Assembly: GCA_902591275.1 (NCBI GenBank)
Contig: CACJAC010000003.1
Coordinates: forward strand, 8,428-72,427
Reading direction: 5' to 3'
Length of the DNA: 64,000 bases
DNA from: an uncultured Prochlorococcus sp.
GTDB taxonomy: Bacteria; Cyanobacteriota; Cyanobacteriia; PCC-6307; Cyanobiaceae
Shown here: positions 28,656-39,600 of the stretch, in pieces
How the letters are laid out: each line of letters begins with the position of its first letter
Numbering within the stretch: position 1 is the stretch's first letter
Notes under the pieces: generated by a model
Seen by the model: the letters and a program-made list of their open reading frames with translations, nothing else
The model's database searches: none
Told to the model about the DNA's origin: nothing
Position numbers and translations under genes: made by a program

Positions 28656-30641
28656 GTGATGAATAAAGCAGTTAATAATAAATCCAAAATACTGTACCAA
28701 TTACAAAAACTAAGGAAGCTATCTCAGCCGTTTTTTCTTCCCATAGATCAATGTAATGGATTCCAATTCATATGGCTTTTGATTTCTCTTTTATTTTGTG
28801 TTGGCGGAGTTGTACTTGTTGGTCTTACAGGAATTATAAGTTTTTTTGAAAGCTTTCAACCAATTTTTCTTGAAAAGTATTTCGGAGGTGTAGTAAGTAC
28901 TGTCAATTCAATTTGGGCTGGGAGTTGGGGATTGCTTTTCTCTGCATTATTTCTAATCGGATCAGGAAGCTTTTTTAGCTTAAGACGTCAATTAAAAAAC
29001 CGTAGATGGTTACATTGGTTATTCCTCGCGATAATTGTATTAATGCTTTTAGCTGTAAACGGAATAAACGCAGGTATTGGATTCATTGCAAGAGATTTAA
29101 CAAATGCTTTAGTAGAAAAACAAGAAGATGGATTTTATCGGATTTTGGGGATTTACGCTTGTTGTTTCGCTGTGGCACTACCAATACGGGTTTCCCAAAT
29201 ATTTTTTACATATAAGTTAGGAATAATTTGGAGGGAATGGCTTTCAAAAAGTCTAGTCAAAGATTATATGACTAATAAAGCTTATTACCAGTTAAATCCC
29301 AATGATGAAGAACAAACCGATGTAGATAATCCCGATCAAAGAATCACAGATGATACAAGAGCTTTTACCGGGCAAAGTCTCTCTTTCACATTAGGTATTT
29401 TTGATGCCCTATTAACATTTTCACTTAATATTCTTATTTTATGGAGTATTAGTACAACACTTACTTTTTCTTTATTTGGTTACGCCGCATTTGCAACTTC
29501 TATCCTCTTAATAGCTGGAAAAAATCTTGTAAAGATTGACTTTGATCAACTCAGATATGAAGCAGATTTTCGATATGGCTTAGTACATATCCGAGATAAT
29601 GCTGAATCAATAGCCTTTTACTCTGGGGAAAATCCTGAGCGAAGTGAAACTGAAAGACGCTTGGGAGAAGTGGTCAGAAACTTTAATTTACTGATTATAT
29701 GGCGAGTAATAATAGACGTCATGAGAAGATCCATTAATTATGCTGGAAATTTCTTTCCATATTTAATAATGGCAATCCCTTACTTTAAAGGTGATATTGA
29801 TTATGGACGCTTTATTCAGGCAAGCTTTGCATTTGGAATGGTTGAAGGTTCGCTATTTTTCATTGTTAATCAAATCGAAGAACTTGCAAAATTTACTGCT
29901 GGTATTGGCAGATTAGAAGGATTCCAATCAAAAGTTGAATCCATTAGTCAAACCAACCCAACAAGCAATCAAAACGTTATTTCAGATTACCCCTCAATTC
30001 TTATTAATAATGCTGACCTTTGCCCACCAGGATCAAATAAAACAATAATTAAAAATTTAAATTTGAGCATCGACAATAATCAATCACTTTTAGTAGTAGG
30101 ACCATCTGGGTGCGGAAAAACATCTTTACTAAGAATGATTAGTGGTTTATGGGAACCCGATCAGGGATTAATTAAAAAACCAAAAATTGGGGAATTATTA
30201 TTCATACCTCAAAAACCATATATGCTACTTGGTTCTTTAAGGGAACAATTATGTTATCCCACAGAAGTCAAAAAATTTAGTGATGAACATCTTACTTCTG
30301 TACTTCATGAAGTAAATTTAAAAACTTTAGTAGATCGGTATCCTAATCTTGATATCAAACAAGATTGGCCTCGAATTCTTTCCTTAGGCGAGCAACAAAG
30401 ATTGGCTTTTGCAAGACTCTTACTAAATTCTCCAAGGTTTGCAGTACTTGATGAAGCAACAAGTGCTTTAGATATTAACACTGAAAAAAAACTATATAGT
30501 TTGCTTAAGGAAAGAGAACTTTCTCTTATTAGTGTTGGACATAGACCTAGCTTAAAAGATTTTCACGAGAATATTTTAGAATTAAATGGACAAGGAGACT
30601 GGAAATTATTGACGTCTGATAAGTATAATTTTAAGGATTAA
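28656..30641 (+). CDS. ABC transporter, fused permease and ATPase (ABCD/YddA-like family)
   Basis: DNPDQRI, EADFR..L...R.NAESIAFY.G, GPSGCGKTS, LSLGEQQR, LDEATSALD. Confidence 0.92.
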   Translation: MMNKAVNNKSKILYQLQKLRKLSQPFFLPIDQCNGFQFIWLLISLLFCVGGVVLVGLTGIISFFESFQPIFLEKYFGGVVSTVNSIWAGSWGLLFSALFLIGSGSFFSLRRQLKNRRWLHWLFLAIIVLMLLAVNGINAGIGFIARDLTNALVEKQEDGFYRILGIYACCFAVALPIRVSQIFFTYKLGIIWREWLSKSLVKDYMTNKAYYQLNPNDEEQTDVDNPDQRITDDTRAFTGQSLSFTLGIFDALLTFSLNILILWSISTTLTFSLFGYAAFATSILLIAGKNLVKIDFDQLRYEADFRYGLVHIRDNAESIAFYSGENPERSETERRLGEVVRNFNLLIIWRVIIDVMRRSINYAGNFFPYLIMAIPYFKGDIDYGRFIQASFAFGMVEGSLFFIVNQIEELAKFTAGIGRLEGFQSKVESISQTNPTSNQNVISDYPSILINNADLCPPGSNKTIIKNLNLSIDNNQSLLVVGPSGCGKTSLLRMISGLWEPDQGLIKKPKIGELLFIPQKPYMLLGSLREQLCYPTEVKKFSDEHLTSVLHEVNLKTLVDRYPNLDIKQDWPRILSLGEQQRLAFARLLLNSPRFAVLDEATSALDINTEKKLYSLLKERELSLISVGHRPSLKDFHENILELNGQGDWKLLTSDKYNFKD

Positions 30642-30649
30642 TAAAAAAA

Positions 30650-30925
30650 ATGAATTCGAAAGAAGAACAAACTAACTCAGAAGTCACTAATCTAGAGAAT
30701 GAGAGTTTTATAGAACAGCTGAAAGATCCAAATTATATCAATGAACAATTTGGAGATAATCAATTAGATGAAAAATCGACAGAAATTAAAAATGAATATA
30801 AATTTGGATGGAGTAGCTATTCTGAAAAAACTAATGGAAGATTTGCAATGATTGGCTTTCTTTCAATAATATTGATTGAATTATTCAGTAAACAATCATT
30901 TTTAAAATGGGCAGGAATCCTATAA
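30650..30925 (+). CDS. hli: High-light inducible protein with acidic N-terminal extension
   Basis: FGWSSYSEKTNGRFAMIGF...IEL motif. Confidence 0.9.
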   Translation: MNSKEEQTNSEVTNLENESFIEQLKDPNYINEQFGDNQLDEKSTEIKNEYKFGWSSYSEKTNGRFAMIGFLSIILIELFSKQSFLKWAGIL

Positions 30926-31855
30926 TTAATCATCAAATCTAGAACTATTATCTCTAGGTTTTTTCTTGTTTGTTCCAACGTTATATCTACTATTTTGATT
31001 ATTTGAACTTGATCTAGCTGAAGAGCTTGCTCTACGAGTCTCACGTGTTTTTTTTGCTTGATTAGCATCTTTAAATGAAGCATCTTCTACTTGAGCTGTT
31101 GAAGTTTGCTGCCTAATAGGGGATCTAGTAGGTTTCTTTCTTAATGGAGAAGAATCAGCAGGAGTAGATATATTATCTTGTCTAGAAACTGTACGATTTA
31201 TTCTGGGTCTTGACCCTGTTTTAACTTCATCGCGAGATAAATTTCTTCTTTCACCAAAGTTATTTGTTTCTGGTTGTTTCCTATTTCTATCTGCAGAAGT
31301 CTGTCTTCTCCTTCTTATAGGCTCGTCATTTTCAAACTCACTTATTTCCCTTGTAGATGGCCTACTTCTACTTGCTGCAGCAGAAGGTATAGCTCTTGAA
31401 ACATTCCTCCTACGAGATCTCCCCTCCGTATAGTCTTCTTCAAATTCATCTTCTTGAGGTTTAAATCTTCTGGATGGTCTTTCAGATTCTTCAAACCTAT
31501 CATAATCGTCATTAAATCGACCTCTAGAATTTCTTGGGACATCAGAAATAGGTTCATCATCAAAATAAGATGACCTTCTAGCTTGATCAGTAGCAACTCC
31601 CCTCAATCGCACACTTTCATATGCGAAAAAAACTGTAGTTCCTGCTAATAAAAACTGACCAAACTGAAGGATAGGATCTAACCTCCAGCCTTGAAAAAAT
31701 AATATTCCTCCGCACAAAAGTCCAATTGCTGCGAAGAAAACATCATAATCCCGCGCTAAGGCAGGCTTAAAGGACCTCAAAAAATAAAGGCCTCCTCCAC
31801 ATACCGCGAGAACTATACCAACAATACTGGCCCAATTGAGACTAGCATTGACCAC
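30926..31855 (-). CDS. ycf66: Ycf66 family protein with Arg/Ser-rich disordered tail
   Basis: LARDYDVFFAAIGLLCGGILFFQGWRLDPILQFGQ. Confidence 0.93.
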   Translation of the reverse strand: MVNASLNWASIVGIVLAVCGGGLYFLRSFKPALARDYDVFFAAIGLLCGGILFFQGWRLDPILQFGQFLLAGTTVFFAYESVRLRGVATDQARRSSYFDDEPISDVPRNSRGRFNDDYDRFEESERPSRRFKPQEDEFEEDYTEGRSRRRNVSRAIPSAAASRSRPSTREISEFENDEPIRRRRQTSADRNRKQPETNNFGERRNLSRDEVKTGSRPRINRTVSRQDNISTPADSSPLRKKPTRSPIRQQTSTAQVEDASFKDANQAKKTRETRRASSSARSSSNNQNSRYNVGTNKKKPRDNSSRFDD

Positions 31856-31935
31856 ATTCTTTCTCCAAAAATTTATTTTTTAAAGGGTTACTTATATCCC
31901 CTATATATATAGTGTACTTAAAACTTCTACAAAAA

Positions 31936-32121
31936 CTAGCGTCTTCCAGTAGAAGTACGATCGAGAGAATCTTTTTGGCTAACAAAAATCAAAAATGCAG
32001 TGGCTGGAATAACGATAAGTAAGGCAGCAGCAATAAAACTACCTATCATTCCCACTGCGGAATTATTTGCAACTTCAGCAGAAAAATCTGCGGCTAGTAA
32101 TAAATTTGAGATTTGGAACAC
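31936..32121 (-). CDS. psbX: Photosystem II protein PsbX (Prochlorococcus type)
   Basis: [21 protein letters not shown]-terminal motif. Confidence 0.9.
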   Translation of the reverse strand: MFQISNLLLAADFSAEVANNSAVGMIGSFIAAALLIVIPATAFLIFVSQKDSLDRTSTGRR

Positions 32122-32202
32122 TTTTTAAATATTAAATTCTCAATTTATAATACGAATTAAATACGTTTCAATGGGTTATTTATTAAGATGAATTAAATAA
32201 TT

Positions 32203-32517
32203 GTGATTTCCTTGCTTGTAAACTCTCTTCAAATTTTAGATATTAGTTTAGGAATTTCTCTTTCATATCTAACTATAGTTTTTCTAATAAGATTAATACT
32301 TACTTGGTACCCAAAAATTGATTTAAGTAAAGGTTTATGGTTATTAGTTTCAATACCATCAAGCTCTATTCTTAATTTAACAAGAAAACTAATTCCTCCT
32401 ATTGGAGGCGTTGATGTTGGACCCGTAATTTGGATCGGATTTATAAGCTTTTTAAGAGAAATATTAGTCGGTCAGCAAGGGCTTATAAAACTTGCATTAC
32501 ATACACATATTTCATAG
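32203..32517 (+). CDS. YggT/Ycf19 family membrane protein
   Basis: IRLILTWYP, TRKLIPPIGGVDV. Confidence 0.9.
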   Translation: MISLLVNSLQILDISLGISLSYLTIVFLIRLILTWYPKIDLSKGLWLLVSIPSSSILNLTRKLIPPIGGVDVGPVIWIGFISFLREILVGQQGLIKLALHTHIS

Positions 32518-32535
32518 AAATCTTTTAATTATTTC

Positions 32536-33885
32536 TCAGTAATTTGGCAATAATTCTTCTTCTACATATTTAGTGTGTATCTTACCCTGCTTAAATTTAG
32601 ATTTATTCAGTAAGGTTAGATGAAAGTTAATTGTTGTAGGAATACCAGTTACTGCACATTCATTTAAAGCCCTATTCATACGTTTAATTGCAGTATTACG
32701 ATCCTTTCCCCAGACTATTAATTTACCAATTAATGAGTCATAGAAAGGAGGGATTTCATAGCCTGTGTAGACATGACTATCTACCCTTACACCAGGGCCA
32801 CCAGGAGGAAGCCACCCAGTTATTTTTCCGGGTGATGGTCGAAAATTGTGAGAAGGATCTTCAGCATTGATTCTACATTCAATGGCATGACCGTTTAAAT
32901 GGATATCATCCTGATTAAATTCCAAGTTTGCTCCGCTTGCTATTTTAATTTGCTCAGCTATTAAATCAACTCCTGTAACCATTTCAGTAACAGGATGTTC
33001 AACTTGAATCCTAGTATTCATCTCCATAAAATAAAAATTATCATCATCATCAACTAAAAATTCAACTGTACCCGCCCCTTCGTAGCCGATACTTTTTGCA
33101 GCAGCAATTGCTGCGTTCCCCATTTTTTTTCTTAGCTCAGTATCAATTGCAGGACTAGGAGACTCCTCTAGCAACTTCTGATGTCTTCTTTGAACTGAAC
33201 AATCTCGCTCTCCTAAATGAACAACATTACCCGACCTATCGGCCAAAATTTGAATTTCTACATGTCTTGGCTTCTTTATAAATTTCTCCATATATAAACC
33301 ATCATTACCAAAAGCTGCTTCTGCTTCGCCTTGAGCTGCTTTAAACATTTTCTCTAGATTATCTGAGTTTTCAACCAATCTCATACCTCTTCCACCTCCT
33401 CCAGCAGTAGCTTTAATAATTACCGGATAGCCAATATCATCTGCCAATTTATAAGCCTCATCAACATTTGATAACAAGCCTTTACTACCAGGTACTGTTG
33501 GAACTCCAACTGCTTCCATAGTTTCTTTAGCTGTAGATTTATCTCCCATAGATCTAATAGCTTTAGGAGAGGGGCCAATAAAAACTATGCCGTGATCATT
33601 ACACATCTCAGCAAATTTATCATTTTCCGCAAGAAATCCATAACCAGGATGAATAGCATCAACTCCTCTCGATGTAGCAGCAGCAAGTATATTTGGAATA
33701 TTTAAATAACTCTTATTACTTAATGAATCTCCTACGCAAACCGCCTCATCAGCAAGCTGAACATGCAATGCTTTTTTATCTACAGTGCTAAAAACTGCAA
33801 CGGTTGCAATACCTAGTTCTCTACAACTTCTGACAATTCGTAAAGCTATTTCTCCACGATTAGCAATTAAAACTTTTTCAACCAT
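32536..33885 (-). CDS. accC: Acetyl-CoA carboxylase, biotin carboxylase subunit
   Basis: [48 protein letters not shown]. Confidence 0.98.
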   Translation of the reverse strand: MVEKVLIANRGEIALRIVRSCRELGIATVAVFSTVDKKALHVQLADEAVCVGDSLSNKSYLNIPNILAAATSRGVDAIHPGYGFLAENDKFAEMCNDHGIVFIGPSPKAIRSMGDKSTAKETMEAVGVPTVPGSKGLLSNVDEAYKLADDIGYPVIIKATAGGGGRGMRLVENSDNLEKMFKAAQGEAEAAFGNDGLYMEKFIKKPRHVEIQILADRSGNVVHLGERDCSVQRRHQKLLEESPSPAIDTELRKKMGNAAIAAAKSIGYEGAGTVEFLVDDDDNFYFMEMNTRIQVEHPVTEMVTGVDLIAEQIKIASGANLEFNQDDIHLNGHAIECRINAEDPSHNFRPSPGKITGWLPPGGPGVRVDSHVYTGYEIPPFYDSLIGKLIVWGKDRNTAIKRMNRALNECAVTGIPTTINFHLTLLNKSKFKQGKIHTKYVEEELLPNY

Positions 33886-34145
33886 TATGAAAATAAAATT
33901 GAAGAAATGAAATGACTTAAAATAAAAAATTATTTGCCAAAGTATTCAACAAAATTTTTTAGTGATCAGAGGACATTTTTTACAATACAACCTAAAACGT
34001 TATATATGTAAAAATATTTGTTTTATGCAATAGAAAAATTATTCATCACATTCAAAAAAACTCTTTTCGAACTTCATGCTTAATTCAGCCAATATTGTAT
34101 GATATTTTTAAGGTTTAAGCATCACCCGGCTGCTGAAAACCCTTT

Positions 34146-34227
34146 GCGGACGTGGCGGAATTGGTAGACGCGCACGTCTAAGGAGCGTGTGGCTTCGGCC
34201 TTGCGAGTTCAAGTCTCGCCGTCCGCA
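34146..34227 (+). tRNA. tRNA-Leu, anticodon AAG (type II, long variable arm)
   Basis: GCGGACG/CGTCCGC acceptor stem plus A discriminator; D-loop TTGGTAGACG; anticodon stem CACGT/GCGTG with loop CTAAGGA (AAG at 34180-34182); GGC-TTCG-GCC variable arm; GTTCAAGT T-loop; CCA not encoded. Confidence 0.96.
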
Positions 34228-34231
34228 TTTA

Positions 34232-35518
34232 ATGTATTCTGGTTTAACTGCAATGAAAAAAGAATCAGTTGCAGTAGTTATAATTTCCAATGGTCCTGGT
34301 GAATTAACTACATGGGTAAATCCTGTAGTGGATGAGCTAAACAAAATAAATAAATCACTATGTGATGAAGATAAACAAGATTTCACTCTTAGGTTAGTCC
34401 TTGTTCCTTGCCCAAATGCCACTGGTAAAGAATTTTTAGTTGCAAATTCATGGAATAAATTCGAATTAATTACAAAATCCAAAAGTTTTTGGAAATTATT
34501 AACAAAGCCACATTCTTTTGCTGATTGGCCAAAAAAAGGGATAGTAATTTTCCTTGGCGGGGATCAATTTTGGAGCATTTTATTAGCTAAAAGATTAGGT
34601 TATTTAAATATCACATATGCTGAATGGGTTTCAAGGTGGCCTAAATGGACCAATGAAATTGCTGCTATGAATGAAAAAGTAAAAGAGTTAATACCTAAAA
34701 GATATAAATATAAATGTAAAGTAATTGGCGATTTGATGGCAGATATCAAACTTAATAGCGAAATATCACTAAGAAATAAAGAAAAACACTACATTGCATT
34801 ATTGCCTGGTTCTAAGAAAGCAAAGCTTTCTATTGGAATTCCTTTCTTCTTAGAAGTTGCAGATCATATTGCTAAAGAAAATCAAAATATAAATTTTATA
34901 ATACCCATTGCACCAACTACTGATAAAAGTGAATATTTATTTTTTCAAAGCAACAAAAATCCAATTGCTAAATATTACTCATCAAAAATCAAAACAATTA
35001 AAAACTTCAAAGACTCTAGTTTTGATTATGTAATTGAAACATCAAAAAAAACAAAGATTTATCTAATCAAGAAACATCCTTGCTATGAAATATTAAAAGA
35101 ATGTGATCTTGCAATTACAACTGTAGGAGCAAATACTGCAGAATTAGCTGCAATTAGTCTTCCAATGTTAGTTGTTCTGCCAACTCAACATTTAAATATG
35201 ATGAACGCTTGGGATGGTATTTTTGGAGTAATTGGAAAAATTTCATTCATAAATAAATTGCTAACTTTTATAATTAAAAATTTCTATTTTAAAAAAAAGA
35301 AGTTTTTTGCTTGGCCAAATATTAAAGCTAAAAGAATGATTGTCCCTGAAAGGATAGGTAATATTTCGACAATAAAAATTGCAAGAGAAGTATTATTTCT
35401 TATGAAAAATAGAGATCAATTAAAAAGTATTAGGGATAATCTAAACAAAGAAAGAGGCGATAAAGGTGCTGCAAAAAAACTTGCTTCTATAATTGTTAAT
35501 TCAATAAAAAAACTATAA
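34232..35518 (+). CDS. Lipid-A-disaccharide synthase (LpxB)-like glycosyltransferase
   Basis: SNGPGE, LLPGSK, TVGANTAELA, FAWPN, IVPE; true start is ATG 34232 or 34253, after the tRNA. Confidence 0.8.
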   Translation: MYSGLTAMKKESVAVVIISNGPGELTTWVNPVVDELNKINKSLCDEDKQDFTLRLVLVPCPNATGKEFLVANSWNKFELITKSKSFWKLLTKPHSFADWPKKGIVIFLGGDQFWSILLAKRLGYLNITYAEWVSRWPKWTNEIAAMNEKVKELIPKRYKYKCKVIGDLMADIKLNSEISLRNKEKHYIALLPGSKKAKLSIGIPFFLEVADHIAKENQNINFIIPIAPTTDKSEYLFFQSNKNPIAKYYSSKIKTIKNFKDSSFDYVIETSKKTKIYLIKKHPCYEILKECDLAITTVGANTAELAAISLPMLVVLPTQHLNMMNAWDGIFGVIGKISFINKLLTFIIKNFYFKKKKFFAWPNIKAKRMIVPERIGNISTIKIAREVLFLMKNRDQLKSIRDNLNKERGDKGAAKKLASIIVNSIKKL

Positions 35519-35521
35519 CAA

Positions 35522-36577
35522 TTACCAGGGATCATCAATTTCAAACTTTTCTGATTTGTTATTATCTTGAACTAAATTTTGTTCGTTTAGTGGTTCAATA
35601 TCTAAAGTTTCAGTTGCATTTTGAATTGGTCTTTTCGAAGCTAAATTAGTATTTGATTGTTTTTTTTGCTTTAAATCAATATTATTTTTTTCCTCTATTT
35701 GATTAACACTATTTTGATTCTGGATCTGATCAGAATCATCATTATCCATATATAGCTTTTTTCTATTATTTATTTCTTCTTCAGAACCCTTTATTTCAAC
35801 ATATTCAAGTTCATCTTCATAATCATCTTCATAATCAAATTGATAATCATCTTGTTCAATAACTTCTTCATATTCCTCGACCATATTGTTTTGCTGTTCT
35901 GATTCAGAACCTGAAAGTAACTGATTCTCAACAGGTACAAGATTTGCTGAATATCCATTTACTTCCCTTTCATCCCATGAAGAACCCCCGACTCCAAGTT
36001 TCTCAAGTAGACCACTATTTAGTTGCTTCAATTTCTCTTCCGCACCTTCATAAACAATAATCCTATCGGTACCACTACTTACAATTTCCTCAACAGGTAT
36101 TTCCCAAGTACTTAAAACTCCCTCTCCTAAAAGCGGAACACCAACAGCACCCATAACAAGAGATATCAAATCACCAGTCTCAATATCAAAAGAAAAGCCA
36201 AGAACTCTTCCCAGAAGTTGTCCAGATTCTGTAATCACTTGACAATTAATAACCTTCCCATACCTTTCTGGAGAAAAACTTTCACTCAAAGAATCTAGGG
36301 AGTCAACTAATATGACATCTCCAACTTGCTTAATACTTTCTAAAGGCATCCATTTTGGCAACCCTGGTAAAAATCTTGTAAGTGGATTATCTCTTAGTCC
36401 CAAAGCGACCACCTCTCTTCTATCAATATCAACAACAACTTCGCCAACTACGCCTAGCCGCCTTCCAGTATCAGTAGTTATCACTTGTGTTCCCATTAAT
36501 TCTGACCTTAACCATAAACGTTCACTAGGAACCGAGTTAGGGAGATTCTTACTAGCAGATGTGTTAGACAAACTCAT
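35522..36577 (-). CDS. PRC-barrel domain protein with acidic tail
   Basis: Two PRC barrels (GTQVITTDTGRRLG; NCQVITESGQLLG), ends DDPW. Confidence 0.88.
   Translation of the reverse strand: MSLSNTSASKNLPNSVPSERLWLRSELMGTQVITTDTGRRLGVVGEVVVDIDRREVVALGLRDNPLTRFLPGLPKWMPLESIKQVGDVILVDSLDSLSESFSPERYGKVINCQVITESGQLLGRVLGFSFDIETGDLISLVMGAVGVPLLGEGVLSTWEIPVEEIVSSGTDRIIVYEGAEEKLKQLNSGLLEKLGVGGSSWDEREVNGYSANLVPVENQLLSGSESEQQNNMVEEYEEVIEQDDYQFDYEDDYEDELEYVEIKGSEEEINNRKKLYMDNDDSDQIQNQNSVNQIEEKNNIDLKQKKQSNTNLASKRPIQNATETLDIEPLNEQNLVQDNNKSEKFEIDDPW
35811..35858. repeat. 12-bp in-frame tandem repeat (about 4 degenerate copies)
   Basis: TCATCTTCATAA x2, TCAAATTGATAA, TCATCTTGTTCA; encodes EQDD-YQFD-YEDD-YEDE on the minus strand. 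Confidence 0.7.
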
Positions 36578-36622
36578 AAATTTCTTTTTATCATTCTGAC
36601 GTATAAATTTAAAAAAGTGTGT

Positions 36623-39600
36623 TTATGCAGCATTTGGTAACCCAAGAACTTGAGTATTAGCACCTCTTGCTTGCGCAACCCCAATTGTTCGTTCAGATGC
36701 ACTAATCATAGGCCTTCTATGACTTACGACTATAAATTGAGCATTTGATGACTGATTTGATATTAATTTTGACAACCTTTCAACATTAATACCATCTAAA
36801 AAACTATCAACCTCGTCTAATGCATAAAACGGTGAAGGCTTATACTTTTGCAAAGCAAATAAAAAACTTAAAGCAGTTAAGGATTTTTCACCACCTGACA
36901 TAGACGCTAATCTTCTAACATTTTTTCCCTTGGGATGAGCCACTAAAGTTAATCCTCCTTCTAAAGGAGAATTAGGATTTTCAAGTTGAAGAAATCCATC
37001 TCCATCAGATAAATTTGCAAAAATTTCTCTAAAATGTCTATCAACTTGTGTAAATGCTTGCATAAAAGCTTCTTGACGCATAGTAGACACAGTCTCTATT
37101 CTCAGCAATAATTCAGATCTTTCATTAGATAGAATTTCTAATTTTTCTCGCAAACCATTTAATCTCTCAATTAATTCTTCTAGTTCATCAAGAGCCAACA
37201 TATTGACAGGTTCTAAGCTTTCTAGTTTTGCATTTATAATCGAAATTTCTGATTGCAAAGATTCAAGACTCTTCCCATCATATTCTCCAAACTCCGGGGA
37301 AGGATTAGGTAGATCTTTTTTATAATTTTCTAATTTTATTTTCTCGCTCCTCATCTCTTCTTTAAGTGAATGCATATCCCTTTCAAGATATTCAAGCTTT
37401 AACAGATAGTTATTATATTCTTGCCTTTTATTTGAAATTGAAGAGTTTAATTCATCTCTTTTCCTTCTCAATAAACCTAAATTCTTCTCTAGAGAATTTT
37501 TTTGATTATAGAGATCTGAAAGCTCTTTTTTAAATTGATCTCTTTTTTCTATCCATTCACTATGAGCAGTTGCGAGTTGTTTAATAGATTCCTGCAAGTT
37601 TTTTTCTTGTAGTAAAGTAATTTTTAATGAATTATTGATACGCTCTTTGTTTAAAGCAAATTGATTTTTTTTATCTAGTAATGTATTTCTCTCTTTAATA
37701 ATAAATTCAAGTTTTTTATCAAGATTATTAAAATCGTCATTAAATGCTATTAATGATGATTTTTGATTTTTTTCATAATTTACCTTTTGAATGGTTTGTA
37801 GTTGATCAAACTTATCGTGATAAGGCTTCAATTGATTTTTTAAATGACCTAACTCGTTTACTAATAAATTATTAGCAGTATCAAGTTTATTTAACCTCGA
37901 TTTACAATCCTCGATTCTTTGCGAGACAGCTTTAAGAGAATCTTGATTTACTTCAATTTCTTTATTAAATGAGGCACAATCCTTAATTATTTGACTGCGG
38001 TTAGAATTTAATATGCTAAGTTTATTATTTTTTAGTATCAAATCATTATTTGACTCTTTTAAAGCTTCTTCGATAACTAATAATCTTTCTTTTATAGGAC
38101 TGGAATCATCAATATCATTATTAATTCCAAACCTATAAGCCAAATCTTTATTTAACTTACTCCCTCCTGTAATAGCACCACTTGCTTCTAATAATTCACC
38201 ACTTAAGGTAACCAACCTATTTTTTTGTATAGATAACCTAGCTGAGGATAAGTCTGAAAAAACCAAAGTATCTCCAAAAACATATCGAAAAACATCTGAA
38301 TAAACTTCATCAAAAGTAATTAGATTAATAGCTTTATCGATAAATCCATTCTCCCTGTTATATTCAAATCTTGAAATTGCATAATTCTTTTTTTGACTTT
38401 TAATTCTATTTAAAGGTAAAAAAGTCAATCTTCCCGCTTTCTTCTTTTTAAGAATTTCAATCGCTTTTGCAGCAATATGATCATTATCAACAACAATTTG
38501 TCCTAACCTATTTCCAGCAGCAATTTCTAATGCATATCTATTTTTCTCACTTACCTCTCCAAGTTGAGCTACATAACCATGTATACCCTCTAACCCTGCC
38601 TCTAAGAGAATTCTGAGAGCATATGAACCTCTAGATTCGTTTAAAGCTTCCTTCCTGCTCTCGAATCTAGATAAATCCTTTTCAAGCCTCAATTGCTCGT
38701 TATTTAGCCTTAATTTAGTTTTAATTAATAAATCGATTTCATGTTTTAAAGAATTAATTTCTGCGCTATTACTTGCCAAGTTTTTATTATTTATATCGGA
38801 TGTCTCTTTTTTTCTTTGATTTCCCTGAAAAAGTTTCTGCTTTTCTAAGTCTAAGGATTCGATCTGTGACAATATCTCATCTTTTTGAATATTATTTTGA
38901 ATAGTTTCTTCTTCAATTTTTCTTTTTTTTATTTCCAAAGGATTAATTTGATTTTTTATACTTTCAAGCTCAGCATTTAATTTGATACTTTGTTTTGAGA
39001 ATTCTCCAGATTCTCCAGCCGCATCAGAAAGTTTTTTTCTGGATAGTTTGTGTTTTAAAGTGAGATCATCAATTTGCAAGTTCAATTGATTTAAAAAATT
39101 ATCATCGAAATTTTCTTGTCTCATTTTTTCTGACTCGATATTCCTCTTAGAAATTGCAATTTCATCTCTCTGTTTTTGTAATTTAATACCTTCTTCTTTA
39201 TTCAAAATTGATATCCTATCAAGTTCTCTCAAGCTGGAGTTAATACTTCCAATATCAGAATTAACTTTTATCAATTTATCCTCTCCTTTCTCCTTAAGCT
39301 CATCAACAAGTATTTTCAAAGCATCTTCTAAAACTGATATTTCTTTACTAATAGATTCTTTTTGTTTATTAAATAAGAGTTTATTTTTTTCAATTTCACT
39401 TTCTTTTTTTTCTATAGATTCAACATGCTTAACTTGTTTTTCAAAAATAAGAACTTTCTCTAATTCTATTATTTGTGATAGTTTTGCCTTTAACTCTTTA
39501 TATCGCTTTGCTTTTTCACATTCTTTTTCAAGCTTATTTTTACTGGATTGCAATTCATTTTCTAAAATTTCACATCTTTCTTGTCTTTCGAAAACGTCAT

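Noticed and set aside
34108-34482. 124-aa minus-strand ORF, and the GTG start at 34187 of the LpxB-like ORF
   Set aside because: Both overlap tRNA-Leu, whose GC-rich sequence explains the open frames
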